Below the pieces are notes generated by a model. That model saw nothing but the letters and a program-made list of their open reading frames with translations. It ran no database searches and had not been told where the DNA came from. 57,691 nt of DNA, from positions 1 to 57,691 of the IMG/VR virus record IMGVR_UViG_3300037634_002466, one strand, 5' to 3'. This DNA is from a virus. Its lineage: Duplodnaviria > Caudoviricetes. The position numbers and the translations under genes are program-made. Of this stretch, positions 1 through 9,432 are shown one piece after another (the first letter of the stretch is position 1; the number at the start of each line of letters is the position of its first letter).

Positions 1-204
1 AAGCGAAGTCCCCTCGGGGATCTTTGCTTTCACCGAATCAGGAAGTTGATCGAAGGGAATAATAGCTCCCTCCTGTCCTTCCTCAAGCTGATCTGCGGTA
101 GTGAACACCGTGCCTTCCCCGAAGAAATTTTCAAGAACAGCACATGAGGAAAACCCCACCGCAATAACAGCAGTAATTAAAAACGTAATAATAATATCTC
201 TCAT
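1..204 (-). CDS. Putative lipoprotein, 3' end truncated by the window edge; not in the ORF track
   Basis: Manual translation from ATG at 204: MRDIIITFLITAVIAVGFSSCAVLENFFGEG..., a charged N-terminus, hydrophobic core and lipobox-like FSSC. Open to base 1; starts 3 nt after the gp32 stop. Confidence 0.65.
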   Translation of the reverse strand, partial: MRDIIITFLITAVIAVGFSSCAVLENFFGEGTVFTTADQLEEGQEGAIIPFDQLPDSVKAKIPEGTSL

Positions 205-207
205 ATA

Positions 208-951
208 TTAACCTTTCAATCTGTTAAGATAGTCGTCATCGGAAACCTCCGTGCTAGGACTATCGACAGGATCTCTCTCAGGAGTTCCTTTTCCAATTAG
301 AAGAGTCTCAGCAACTTGCTTGAATGTATCATACTCCTCCAATTTTACAAGAGAGTGGATATCATGAAGTTCATCCATCCACTCCGCAATCTGCTTCTTA
401 GTTCCCGCAGCAGTAGCCTTGGGACGGAAAGCAGACTGATCGTACTTGGGCCATTGACCATCCATTACCTTACTCAACTTGAAGTCATGACCTTCATCGA
501 GGTCAGTAACATCACCATAGTCCTCATCGAGGATGGTAGAAATAATCTTCTTGAAGAGGATAACCCCAACAGAGAAGATCTTAACCTCGTCAGTCTCCCT
601 ATTAACTACATTCATATAGTAACGGGCACGGGGTTTAATCTGACGAGCAAGGTTCTCGTCGTTATACGGCTCTTTCCACAGAGCATAGTAAGCATCACAG
701 ATAGGACAAGCCTCTCCATGAACCTTACGGCAGTGGAAGTTACGGGTTTGGCCCCCCCCAGTGGGTACACGATGGATAGCAGTCTCCGCATAAAACAGTT
801 TGTCCTCATCACTAGAAGGGAGAACACGAATCACACTATTCCCTTCGGGGATAGCATAAAATTTGTTGATGAAGTCTCCTGAGCTAGAAGATTTTTTACC
901 GCCTTCCATCTTGGCGTATTGTTCCCGAATCTTATCAAAGTCTAATGTCAT
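208..951 (-). CDS. gp32: Single-stranded DNA-binding protein, T4 gp32-like
   Basis: IRVLP, Zn-binding H..C..CPIC, RYYMNV, GHDFKL, WPKYDQSAF, acidic tail DDDYLNRL; GGAG RBS; next to uvsY and helicase. Confidence 0.9.
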   Translation of the reverse strand: MTLDFDKIREQYAKMEGGKKSSSSGDFINKFYAIPEGNSVIRVLPSSDEDKLFYAETAIHRVPTGGGQTRNFHCRKVHGEACPICDAYYALWKEPYNDENLARQIKPRARYYMNVVNRETDEVKIFSVGVILFKKIISTILDEDYGDVTDLDEGHDFKLSKVMDGQWPKYDQSAFRPKATAAGTKKQIAEWMDELHDIHSLVKLEEYDTFKQVAETLLIGKGTPERDPVDSPSTEVSDDDYLNRLKG

Positions 952-971
952 TAGTTTTCTCCGTTAGTTAG

Positions 972-1421
972 TTAGGAATAAATCCCTTTTTCAGTTCTTT
1001 GGTTTGCACTTAGTTGAACAAGCATATCCTTTTTGTGCGAAAGGGCTTGCATTAGACTCTTAAGGAGTCCTAGTTTATATTTATTATCAGCCAGTTTTAA
1101 AGTTATGTTAATACACGACTCATCAGAATTAATAAAGCTATCCAATATAGCTCCAGTAGGTCTAGTGTTAGAAGACTTGCATTCTTCTTGTCCCCTTATC
1201 CTAGCACTAGCTTGGCATTGGGTCAACTCTATCTCAAGAATTTCACAATCTTTTTTTGCATTTTCACATAACCCTGAGTAGTATGAGAATCTATGTGCTT
1301 GCTTCAAAAGTTCCCCCTCAATATTCAAGGGGTTAATAACAGTTAAATCATCTGAGAGATCAATATATAGATCCCAGGTCAGATTTTCGTAGGCTAAGAG
1401 AAGATCAGTTGCTTTCGTCAT
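972..1421 (-). CDS. uvsY: Recombination mediator, UvsY-like
   Basis: 149 aa helical/coiled-coil protein ending in ALSHKKDMLVQLSANQR; lies between SSB and helicase. Confidence 0.65.
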   Translation of the reverse strand: MTKATDLLLAYENLTWDLYIDLSDDLTVINPLNIEGELLKQAHRFSYYSGLCENAKKDCEILEIELTQCQASARIRGQEECKSSNTRPTGAILDSFINSDESCINITLKLADNKYKLGLLKSLMQALSHKKDMLVQLSANQRTEKGIYS

Positions 1422-2712
1422 TGCTATAGTCGTTGGTTGTGAGTTCGGACATACTTAAAGTATTATAGTCGATTGAAACACCAGTTACAAATCTAGTTTT
1501 ACCATTTCTGGATTTCATTACATAGCACCGCATTCGTTCCTCATCAAACTCTTCCTCAGACTGATTAAGGGATACTGCGTAGTCTACAGTTCTAAACTTT
1601 CCATAGGAATCACCCAGTTCAGCATCAGTAATAACATTAACTCTAGCTCCCTGTCGATTGGTTTGGGTCGCAGTCCACACAAGCATCTTATGCTCCACAG
1701 CAAGCCCTCTAAGCTCACGCGCAAGAATCTCTTGGACTTGGTACTCTGGACCTTCTCGGTTGCAGCCTAGAAGCTCTAGGTAGTCTACAATAAGAAGGTC
1801 AGGAATAAATCCTTCAAAGTTCTGTAGCTGGGACAGGAGGGATCTAATCGTGGAGACAGTAGCAACCCCAGTAGGAAACTCTTTGATAATTAAGTTACCT
1901 CCAGGGAATTTATCCTTAAAAACATCTAGCCTTTCCATAAGAACCTGCTGCTTAGTAGGAAGGTTCCTCTGATTAATCAAGGTCATAACTGAGTCGAACC
2001 TTTGAGCAATCTTATCCTCACTCATTTCAAGAGATACATATAAAACTTTACGCCCCTCCATCAAAGAGTGTACGCCCTGATTGACCAAGAACACAGACTT
2101 ACCAACTCCAGGAGGAGCAACAACCATAGCAAGTTCTTTAGCAGACAGACCACCTTCTAGTTCCCTATTAAGAGTAGGAAGAATGGTGCGGTAACGATCT
2201 TCATTATTCCTGTCTAGGGTCCTGACCCAACGGGCAGTAATAGAATCAAAGTAGTTCTGACCTAGATCAACATTTCTATTAACTGTAAGAGCAGCCCTCA
2301 CTGCTTCTTCTACCTGCTCATAGCTATCGTTCTGGATGAACCCAATAGACTGGGTAATAGCATCCTTCATCGCCTCCTTACGAGCAAAGTTTTCAATCTC
2401 ATCAAGGAAGAACTCTTCGTTACCAATAGAAGAGGTATCAAGCCTGTTAATAAGGGTAAGTTCATCTGTATAGTCCGAAGTGTTCTCTCTAGTACTTTTC
2501 TTCTTCTTACAGACTTCTAAGATGAAATCATCACATGGAATGTTCTGATACTTAGCATGAAATTCTACAATAGAGTTGTAGATATTTGCGTGAATAGGGA
2601 ACTCAAAATACTCAGGCTTAACCAGAGGAGTAATTTGAGAGAAAAAGTCTTTATTATACTTGGCGAGGTAGAGGATACCTCGTTGTACATTTTCACTGAA
2701 GTTGTAAGCCAT
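1405..2712 (-). CDS. gp41: Replicative DnaB-family helicase, T4 gp41-like
   Basis: Walker A APPGVGKS, YVSLEM, IKEFPTG, Walker B LIVDYL, WTATQTNR, KSRNG. Confidence 0.95.
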   Translation of the reverse strand: MAYNFSENVQRGILYLAKYNKDFFSQITPLVKPEYFEFPIHANIYNSIVEFHAKYQNIPCDDFILEVCKKKKSTRENTSDYTDELTLINRLDTSSIGNEEFFLDEIENFARKEAMKDAITQSIGFIQNDSYEQVEEAVRAALTVNRNVDLGQNYFDSITARWVRTLDRNNEDRYRTILPTLNRELEGGLSAKELAMVVAPPGVGKSVFLVNQGVHSLMEGRKVLYVSLEMSEDKIAQRFDSVMTLINQRNLPTKQQVLMERLDVFKDKFPGGNLIIKEFPTGVATVSTIRSLLSQLQNFEGFIPDLLIVDYLELLGCNREGPEYQVQEILARELRGLAVEHKMLVWTATQTNRQGARVNVITDAELGDSYGKFRTVDYAVSLNQSEEEFDEERMRCYVMKSRNGKTRFVTGVSIDYNTLSMSELTTNDYSNDESN

Positions 2713-3170
2713 TATTTCTTTGATCGTGGTACGTTGCGTCTTGGTTGGTGCTTGTGATATGAGCCTGCCTTATCTACCGTCCTACCTATACTAGCAGCAG
2801 TCTGCGTTCTTTCATCTAATTCTCGTCCTTCTATTTTCCTACCTCCGTAAGTCTCATGAAAGTTTTCATTGGGAACATATCTAGTATAGAACTCATCAGT
2901 ACTAGATTCATCCAAGGATCCCTTAGTTCTATCTACTAAAGCTTGTCCATATTTTTTTAGATCAGATTCATTAGTTTTACTCTTCTCTGCTAATCTCTTG
3001 TTAGTATGGAATTCCCCTATAAAATGAACAGCAGTCTGTTTGTTACTCCAGTTTTGATGAGAAAGTTTATTACATTCAGGACATCTACTCCTCTCAGGAG
3101 CCTTCTTCATTGAGTATTCTTTATCCCATATCAGTTTACAGGGATGACATATAAATTCGTATTGTGGCAT
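2712..3170 (-). CDS. FmdB-type zinc-ribbon protein
   Basis: MPQYEFICHPC...CPEC pattern; stop overlaps the helicase start (TAATG). Confidence 0.75.
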   Translation of the reverse strand: MPQYEFICHPCKLIWDKEYSMKKAPERSRCPECNKLSHQNWSNKQTAVHFIGEFHTNKRLAEKSKTNESDLKKYGQALVDRTKGSLDESSTDEFYTRYVPNENFHETYGGRKIEGRELDERTQTAASIGRTVDKAGSYHKHQPRRNVPRSKK

Positions 3171-3206
3171 ACCATATTATAGCTTCTGTACTAGCAGGAA
3201 CATTTC

Positions 3207-4403
3207 TTAGCTACACTCTTCACACCCAGCACCAGTACAGGGTCCAGGAGAGGAGCAAGGCCAATCTACACCAGGGCATTCATTATCTATCCCAGGCCAC
3301 AAGTCTGCAAAGAAACAGTTATATCTATTATAATATCTATCAGGTCTGTTTTCTATACCATCAGCTATAGGCATACCATCCTCAAATATATTATCTGTGA
3401 ATGTTCTAGAGCCTGTGACATTTCCAGGATCAGACCCATTAGAATCTCCTGCCCATAAGCCAAAGTTATAATCTCTGCCAATTTTATTTCCAGTCAGAGT
3501 ATAGTCGGAGTAGTAATTACCGCAATCAATTGATGATCCAGTACCCGTACTGCTATCACCGCACCCACCATCACAACATTTTTGTTCCATGGAATGATAA
3601 AGCGTATAGTTGCCACCATTAATCCAATTATCTTTAATTGTAACATCTCCAGAACAATCTTGACCATCATTGTAAGAACACTTCCATATCACAGCAGCAT
3701 TAGCTTTTTTATTAGGAACTTTATAGCAATTACATATACTATCTCCATCAGGAGGATTACCAATTTTATCAGTCTGAAACTGAACAGATTTCATATCCAA
3801 ATTACATTGATCAACTACTAAAGCTCCTTGTGGAAATCTACCCTGTATTAGGTCGGAATGAGAGTCAGGTTTTACAGCAGAATTACCAGCATCATGTAGC
3901 CAGCATTTATAAAAAGTTGTACCTTTCTCAATTTTTGCACAGTCCTGGCAGTTATAACCTATATCACAATACTCAATACGATTATTTGCCCCCAAGGAAC
4001 TAGTAGCAGGGTCTCCTACATCAGCAGGAGTCGGTCCCTTATCTATATAAAGATTAGTTCCTGCTGCCTCCTTTAAAGTGCAATAACTTACCGTCATAGC
4101 AGAACAGGCATTATCGTAAGTTTGTAAATTATAATTTGCGCCCAAACAACTTACAGATGTATTAGGAGTAGATGAGAAAATACAATCAGTAAAGGTAACT
4201 CTCGGAGCATACACCAGCATTTGACCCGTAAATAAAGCCCCCACTATTGAGGTATCAGCATATTTTAGTTTATTATTACCATCATAGTTCTTTTCATGAT
4301 CTGCCCAAAGAACTAAATCATCTACAGGTATTCTACACCCAGTATTCCCAGGTCCTGGTTTTTCTGACGCTGGGGAAGCACTTACTATTAAACTTGAAAA
4401 CAT
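3207..4403 (-). CDS. Right-handed beta-helix (pectate-lyase-like) protein with Cys-rich C-terminus; candidate depolymerase
   Basis: KPGPGNTG, IEYCDI, CWLHD, HSDLIQ, TIKDNWINGGNY and TLTGNKI repeats typical of beta-helices; AAGGAG RBS. Confidence 0.55.
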   Translation of the reverse strand: MFSSLIVSASPASEKPGPGNTGCRIPVDDLVLWADHEKNYDGNNKLKYADTSIVGALFTGQMLVYAPRVTFTDCIFSSTPNTSVSCLGANYNLQTYDNACSAMTVSYCTLKEAAGTNLYIDKGPTPADVGDPATSSLGANNRIEYCDIGYNCQDCAKIEKGTTFYKCWLHDAGNSAVKPDSHSDLIQGRFPQGALVVDQCNLDMKSVQFQTDKIGNPPDGDSICNCYKVPNKKANAAVIWKCSYNDGQDCSGDVTIKDNWINGGNYTLYHSMEQKCCDGGCGDSSTGTGSSIDCGNYYSDYTLTGNKIGRDYNFGLWAGDSNGSDPGNVTGSRTFTDNIFEDGMPIADGIENRPDRYYNRYNCFFADLWPGIDNECPGVDWPCSSPGPCTGAGCEECS

Positions 4404-4416
4404 AATTCTAACTCCT

Positions 4417-5937
4417 TTATAGGGCTACAGAAGATACAGAGGACACAATCATGTCATCCTCAGGGTAGAAGGCAGGTCCTGCCATTGCTGATATAGTAAA
4501 ATCGACAGTTAGAGAAGACGCAGGTAAAGTTACTGGGTCAGCAGATAAGGCATAAGATCCAGTATTACCAGCATTCGCACTTAGGTTTAAGTCTACACCA
4601 ATATCTTTGAAATACTTCCGTGAGGAACTTACAGCTAATGTTAATGTAGATGCTTGATAAGATGGTGGGAGAATATAAGAAGATATACTGAATCCTATGT
4701 CTGAGGGGTAAGTAGAACCATCTAAAACTGTCTCTGTATGGGTACTAGTAGCTCCTGGTATAGTTCCAGTTGATATAGAACTTAAGGTCAGCAATATATC
4801 ACTCTCAACGCTAGAACCATTTAGATAAGTCAGAGTTATATTTTTCTGATAATCATCTTTAGTAAATACCAATGTTTTATTATTTACCAGATCTGTTGTA
4901 AAATCTACCCCTTCTGTAAGGTTATTAGAGGATACTCCAACACCTACATCTATACCAACTGCTCTTAAACCACTCATATGTACTGCTACTCCAGCAGTTC
5001 CATCTAGTACATTAGAACTAGTAGTAGAGGATACAAATCCAACTTTAGGTAATGGAGTAGCTGATTTTGAATCTGAACCCACACTATAGTTACCATAAAT
5101 CTCATCAGAGTTCAATGCTCTCTTGTAAGTTCTTATTTGATAAAGTTTACCAGCCCAGGGTCTAGCACTAAATGGAGCATTAGCTACAGATATAGGGGAG
5201 GAGGTATCCCATACAGTATCAAAAAAGTTTGAACCCGTATCTATATCATATCTTGTTTCAATATTACCACTCTGAAGACCATTATAATACATAGTGAGAA
5301 TCATCTCACTTCCTGTAGCAGAGGCAGTTATAGCAACATACTGTACAGTGTCAGCAGTTACCGTTGCGTCTGGTGTTTTTACTGGTGGGGAACCACTCTT
5401 ATTCTGAGTATCAGTTCTAACTCTTCCTCTAAATACAGCGTCATCGAGGCTGCCCCATGACCCTTGACCAATCATAAAGTTCTGCTCCGCAGTATCAGAA
5501 GAATCATTATCCGCAATGGCAAAAATTCTAGCTGGACCCTCTTGAGTAATGTTTGCTGGGGATACCCAAGCTTCTACTGTAATCTCTCCTGTACTCTGAC
5601 ATTGTGCTACTAGGTCTGTATTAGAACGACTTAATAACCTAGCCCCACTAGAAACATCTAGATAGTTTGAGGTCCAAGTAACCTTACTCATATCTTGAAT
5701 AACTAAATTATCTTGTTTACCTGGAGCTAGATCATAAACAATTGTGTCCCCACCTGGATTAGTATCTTTATCAAAAACCCATTGATTTACCATACTGGTG
5801 GTAGCATTATTGCAGGTGGTACAGTCCCATGAGGGAGGGGTAAGTTGATTCTTAGCATATGAATGGGCCATAGCTCTTGCCCATAAATTTCTTCTTCCTG
5901 CAAATACATCCCTACTTCTTGGTCCTGTCCATGCCAT
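4417..5937 (-). CDS. LamG/concanavalin A-like lectin domain plus Calx-beta/Ig-like domains; virion adhesin candidate
   Basis: ITVEAWVSP...PARIF...MYYNG...WAGKLYQIRTYKRALNSDEIYGNY is a LamG signature; the C-terminal part is Ser/Thr-rich beta-sandwich (PKVGF..., TEGVDFT). Confidence 0.75.
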   Translation of the reverse strand: MAWTGPRSRDVFAGRRNLWARAMAHSYAKNQLTPPSWDCTTCNNATTSMVNQWVFDKDTNPGGDTIVYDLAPGKQDNLVIQDMSKVTWTSNYLDVSSGARLLSRSNTDLVAQCQSTGEITVEAWVSPANITQEGPARIFAIADNDSSDTAEQNFMIGQGSWGSLDDAVFRGRVRTDTQNKSGSPPVKTPDATVTADTVQYVAITASATGSEMILTMYYNGLQSGNIETRYDIDTGSNFFDTVWDTSSPISVANAPFSARPWAGKLYQIRTYKRALNSDEIYGNYSVGSDSKSATPLPKVGFVSSTTSSNVLDGTAGVAVHMSGLRAVGIDVGVGVSSNNLTEGVDFTTDLVNNKTLVFTKDDYQKNITLTYLNGSSVESDILLTLSSISTGTIPGATSTHTETVLDGSTYPSDIGFSISSYILPPSYQASTLTLAVSSSRKYFKDIGVDLNLSANAGNTGSYALSADPVTLPASSLTVDFTISAMAGPAFYPEDDMIVSSVSSVAL

Positions 5938-5981
5938 AATAAAAAACCTCTTACTTTATTTAGTTCTAAAGTAAAAGGTTT
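5938..5981 (-). terminator. Intrinsic terminator-like hairpin after nrdJ that overlaps a late-promoter motif and the RBS of the next gene
   Basis: Minus strand AAACCTTTTACTTTA-GAACTAAA-TAAAGTAAGAGGTTT-TTTATTATG: 15-bp stem with one G-U pair, followed by a U-run. Confidence 0.7.
5957..5963 (-). promoter_or_regulatory. Putative gp55-dependent late promoter (CTAAATA)
   Basis: Resembles the T4 late -10 element TATAAATA; CTAAATAAAGTAAGA matches CTATATAAAGTAGGA upstream of 23059. Confidence 0.55.
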
Positions 5982-6001
5982 CAGTATTATATATTTATTA
6001 A

Positions 6002-7912
6002 TTAAGCTCCGCAAGCACCCCCAACCAAGCTACAAGCATCTCCAACACCTACCCCTACCTCGTCCTGAGAGCCCATGTAACGAGAGATATTATCAGGGGT
6101 ATTCGGTATCGCTACAAGGGGCTCATTCTCCTTAGACGCTGCCCTGTAGACTGTCATGCCCTTCAAATACGGCATGTAAACAAACGCTGTATCCATCACC
6201 TCTTTAGCTTCCATTGTACTGGGCAGATTGATAGTCTTGCTGATGCAGGAATCAATATATCTTTGGATAGTAGCCTGAACTGCTAGATGCTCATCTCCAT
6301 TAATATCATAAGCTCCAATGAATTTAGAAGTATCCTTACCTTCTTTATGATACTGCTCAAAAAGAGGGTCAACCACTAGCTTTTCTTTCCAGACACTACC
6401 TTGTCTATACCTACGGAGATACATAGCTGAAAAAATAGGCTCGATACCACTACTAACCCCCATAAGCATAGATATAGTACCACAAGGAGGGATAGTAAGC
6501 ATGACAGCATTACGAATTCCATACCGTTTAATAAGCATTCTAATCCTTGCTGGAAGTGTCTTCGCAAATTCTTCATTTAAGTATTGTTCTCTATCGAAGG
6601 CAGCAAAAGGAGCTTTGTCTCTCGACAGATACACCGACTGCTTATACGCCTCATCTCTAATGGTAGCAAACAATCTTTCTAAGAACTCCAAGCACTTCTC
6701 ACTTCCATACCTAAGACCTAACTTAATAAGCATGTAATGTAATCCAGTTACGCCCAGACCAACCCTTCTAGATCTCTCTGCCACTTCTTTACAATCATCA
6801 ACAGGAAACTTGTTAATAGACAGTACATTATCTAGGAACCTAATGCCACCCCTAACAGATTTTGCTAACCGTTTCCAGTCTACATCAGATCCATCATCGA
6901 GGACCATATTAGATAAGTTAACATTGCCAAGGCAGCAATTACCGTAGCTTGGTAGAGATATCTCTCCGCATGGATTTGTGGAGTCCAGGGATTCAAAATA
7001 AGAGACATTAGTGAAGCTATTGGCAAGATCAATATTGTAAACACCAGGGTCCCCAGACTCGACAGCATTTTCCCAAATAGTCTTCCAAAGATCCCTTGCT
7101 TTAATTTGTCCTTCTCCCACATATTCAAACTCATCCTTCCAATGTTTCTGATAGAAGTTATTAGCCCTAGTAATAGCATCTTCTTTATTAAGACCAGTAA
7201 CTACGATCTCTTCATAAGTTTCTGGTTCCTCTGAATTAACTCTAGCTAACACATAAGAATAATACTTCTTGTTATTAAATGTAAAGTACCAGTCCTCATC
7301 CAACTCAACCGCTTCCATAAACCTATTAGTAATAGCAACTGAAATGTTAAAGTTATTTAGCTCACCTTTGTCCAGTTTCACATGAAGAAAATCCATTAAA
7401 TCTGGATGTGTTACATTAAGTATACCCATGAGTGCAGTTCGACGGTTCTTACCTGCTCTAACATGAACCCCAATCTCATTGATCATTTTAAGTACAGACA
7501 CAGACCCTGGAGCAGAGTTAGCAACATTACCAATGTCATCCCCCTTAGGTCTAATCTTAGAGACATTAAATCCAATGCCTCCTCCAGCACAAGAGATCTG
7601 GTACATATCATCTACGGTCTTACCAATACTTTGTACAGTATCTTCAGGTACAATGACATAGCAGTTGAGCATATTGTAACTACCACTATTCCTACCTGCC
7701 CCATAGATAATTCTACCCCCAGGAATGAAGTCACCACTACCTACGATATCATAAAATAATTTCTCTATCTTCTCCTTATCCGCATCCTTCTCAGCAGTAG
7801 CTACAGACCTAGCAATAACTTTAGCTCTCTCAGCCCACTTGGTTTCTCCTGGGTATGCGTATCTCGTATCAAAGATCTCTTGCCCCAGTTCGGATAATTT
7901 TACTTGTGCCAT
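6002..7912 (-). CDS. nrdJ: Ribonucleotide reductase, class II (adenosylcobalamin-dependent)
   Basis: FIPGGRI, NCYV, GGGIG, RRTALM, TNPCGEISL, CCLG, PPCGT, SSGIEP, ISKTINLP, C-terminal CSLVGGAC; no nrdB-type subunit adjacent. Confidence 0.9.
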   Translation of the reverse strand: MAQVKLSELGQEIFDTRYAYPGETKWAERAKVIARSVATAEKDADKEKIEKLFYDIVGSGDFIPGGRIIYGAGRNSGSYNMLNCYVIVPEDTVQSIGKTVDDMYQISCAGGGIGFNVSKIRPKGDDIGNVANSAPGSVSVLKMINEIGVHVRAGKNRRTALMGILNVTHPDLMDFLHVKLDKGELNNFNISVAITNRFMEAVELDEDWYFTFNNKKYYSYVLARVNSEEPETYEEIVVTGLNKEDAITRANNFYQKHWKDEFEYVGEGQIKARDLWKTIWENAVESGDPGVYNIDLANSFTNVSYFESLDSTNPCGEISLPSYGNCCLGNVNLSNMVLDDGSDVDWKRLAKSVRGGIRFLDNVLSINKFPVDDCKEVAERSRRVGLGVTGLHYMLIKLGLRYGSEKCLEFLERLFATIRDEAYKQSVYLSRDKAPFAAFDREQYLNEEFAKTLPARIRMLIKRYGIRNAVMLTIPPCGTISMLMGVSSGIEPIFSAMYLRRYRQGSVWKEKLVVDPLFEQYHKEGKDTSKFIGAYDINGDEHLAVQATIQRYIDSCISKTINLPSTMEAKEVMDTAFVYMPYLKGMTVYRAASKENEPLVAIPNTPDNISRYMGSQDEVGVGVGDACSLVGGACGA

Positions 7913-9432
7913 ATTTTAGATATACCTTTCTTTTTCTCTACGGTTAACCTCTTGGACGAGTCTAATAATGTCTTAAGGTGTTTGTTGTGTGTGATAACGA
8001 ATATTTGTCTTGTCTTCTTCAACTCCAGCAATAGATTATAGAGTCCCTGTATACCATCCTCATCTATATTCTCAGCTACTTCATCGAAAAATAGTAGATT
8101 AGAGTGGTTTGTGTCTGTGAGTAGTAAAAGGTCTTTAAGAGCCATCATGATGGCAAGGTTTAGTTTTCTCTTTTCGCCTCCAGACAATGATATATAGTGT
8201 ATTTCTTGGTCACCAATTTTTATGTACTCAGATAATTCCTCATCAAATTCTAAAGAAAAGTTAGGATCTGTTAAATATGATAAGTAATAGTTAGTACGGT
8301 CATTAAAATACTCCAAAACATTACGAATAATATACTTAATAATTCCTTTCTCTGATAATGCTCTCTCCCAGAACCTCATCACCTGAGATCCTGTGTGGGA
8401 AATAGCTTTCTTATCCTCCAACTCCTTAATCTTCTCTTCCTTCTCCTTCCTTAGACCATCTAACACTTCAGCATTACCCTGAGCCAGTCTAGCATACTCT
8501 ACTGTGTATAGTGGGGCAGCATGACACACAGGATATTCCATGCTCTCCATTCTATCACGCACTCCATCCAATTCAAACTGTTTTTCTGCCATTTTCTCAA
8601 CAAAATCATCTTTGGGGACAGTCTGCCCGCAAGTAAGGCATTTAGGGTGCTTATCTGCCATCTTATTTTTATAATGTGATATAGCATACTCTAAAGACTC
8701 CTCTTCCCTCTCAAGCTTCTCCCATAGGCGAGTATTCTTATTGTAAATATCCCACTTCTTCTCTAGCTCATTCAGATCTATATTAATATCTGTCTGAATA
8801 TTTGATATCTTTCTATCCAAGTCTTCCACATCTAACTTAATGGTATGTATAACTGCGTCTGCTACCTTAATCCTTTGTGAGTACTCAGACTTATACTCTC
8901 TAATATGCTCACGCATATCAAAGATCTCATCAAGGTTAAGAAAGTTTCTGATAATGTCTCTCTTAACAACAGGGGTACAGTCTAAAAAGTTTACATCATT
9001 AGCCTGACCGAAGAACATAGATGCTAATAGAACCTTATGGTTTGTACCAAGCAACTCATCAATGATAGCTTGAGAATCATTAGCATGTTTAGCTGTAATA
9101 TCCTCCCCATCTAAGGTAAGCTTCATCTTAGTTGGCTTCTTACACCTTTCAATGCCAAGCATCTTAGCATTATCAAGTAAGATGTTACAGCTAACCACAA
9201 GTCCTTTACCTGCCTGGGAATTAACAAGAGAAGCTTCAGTACTCTTGCGTAGAGTCTTACCAGTTAGAACAAAGTAGATAGCTTCTACGATAGAGCTTTT
9301 ACCTGACCCATTGCTTCCACCTGTATCTAAGTTCTTACCCTTAATAATGGTTAGCCCATCAAACTTCTTCAAGTCTATACGGGCTTTCTTAATGGATAGG
9401 AAGTTTTGTATTGTTATATCTCTAATCTTCAT
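7900..9432 (-). CDS. gp46: SbcC/Rad50-like recombination ATPase
   Basis: Walker A GSNGSGKSS, zinc hook CLTCGQ, signature LSGGE, Walker B LFFDE, ITH. Confidence 0.93.
   Translation of the reverse strand: MKIRDITIQNFLSIKKARIDLKKFDGLTIIKGKNLDTGGSNGSGKSSIVEAIYFVLTGKTLRKSTEASLVNSQAGKGLVVSCNILLDNAKMLGIERCKKPTKMKLTLDGEDITAKHANDSQAIIDELLGTNHKVLLASMFFGQANDVNFLDCTPVVKRDIIRNFLNLDEIFDMREHIREYKSEYSQRIKVADAVIHTIKLDVEDLDRKISNIQTDINIDLNELEKKWDIYNKNTRLWEKLEREEESLEYAISHYKNKMADKHPKCLTCGQTVPKDDFVEKMAEKQFELDGVRDRMESMEYPVCHAAPLYTVEYARLAQGNAEVLDGLRKEKEEKIKELEDKKAISHTGSQVMRFWERALSEKGIIKYIIRNVLEYFNDRTNYYLSYLTDPNFSLEFDEELSEYIKIGDQEIHYISLSGGEKRKLNLAIMMALKDLLLLTDTNHSNLLFFDEVAENIDEDGIQGLYNLLLELKKTRQIFVITHNKHLKTLLDSSKRLTVEKKKGISKIWHK

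Noticed and set aside
7110-7270. Intein in NrdJ
   Set aside because: The extra segment is only about 50 aa and lacks C/S...HN splice residues or LAGLIDADG motifs; it is treated as a small insertion domain.
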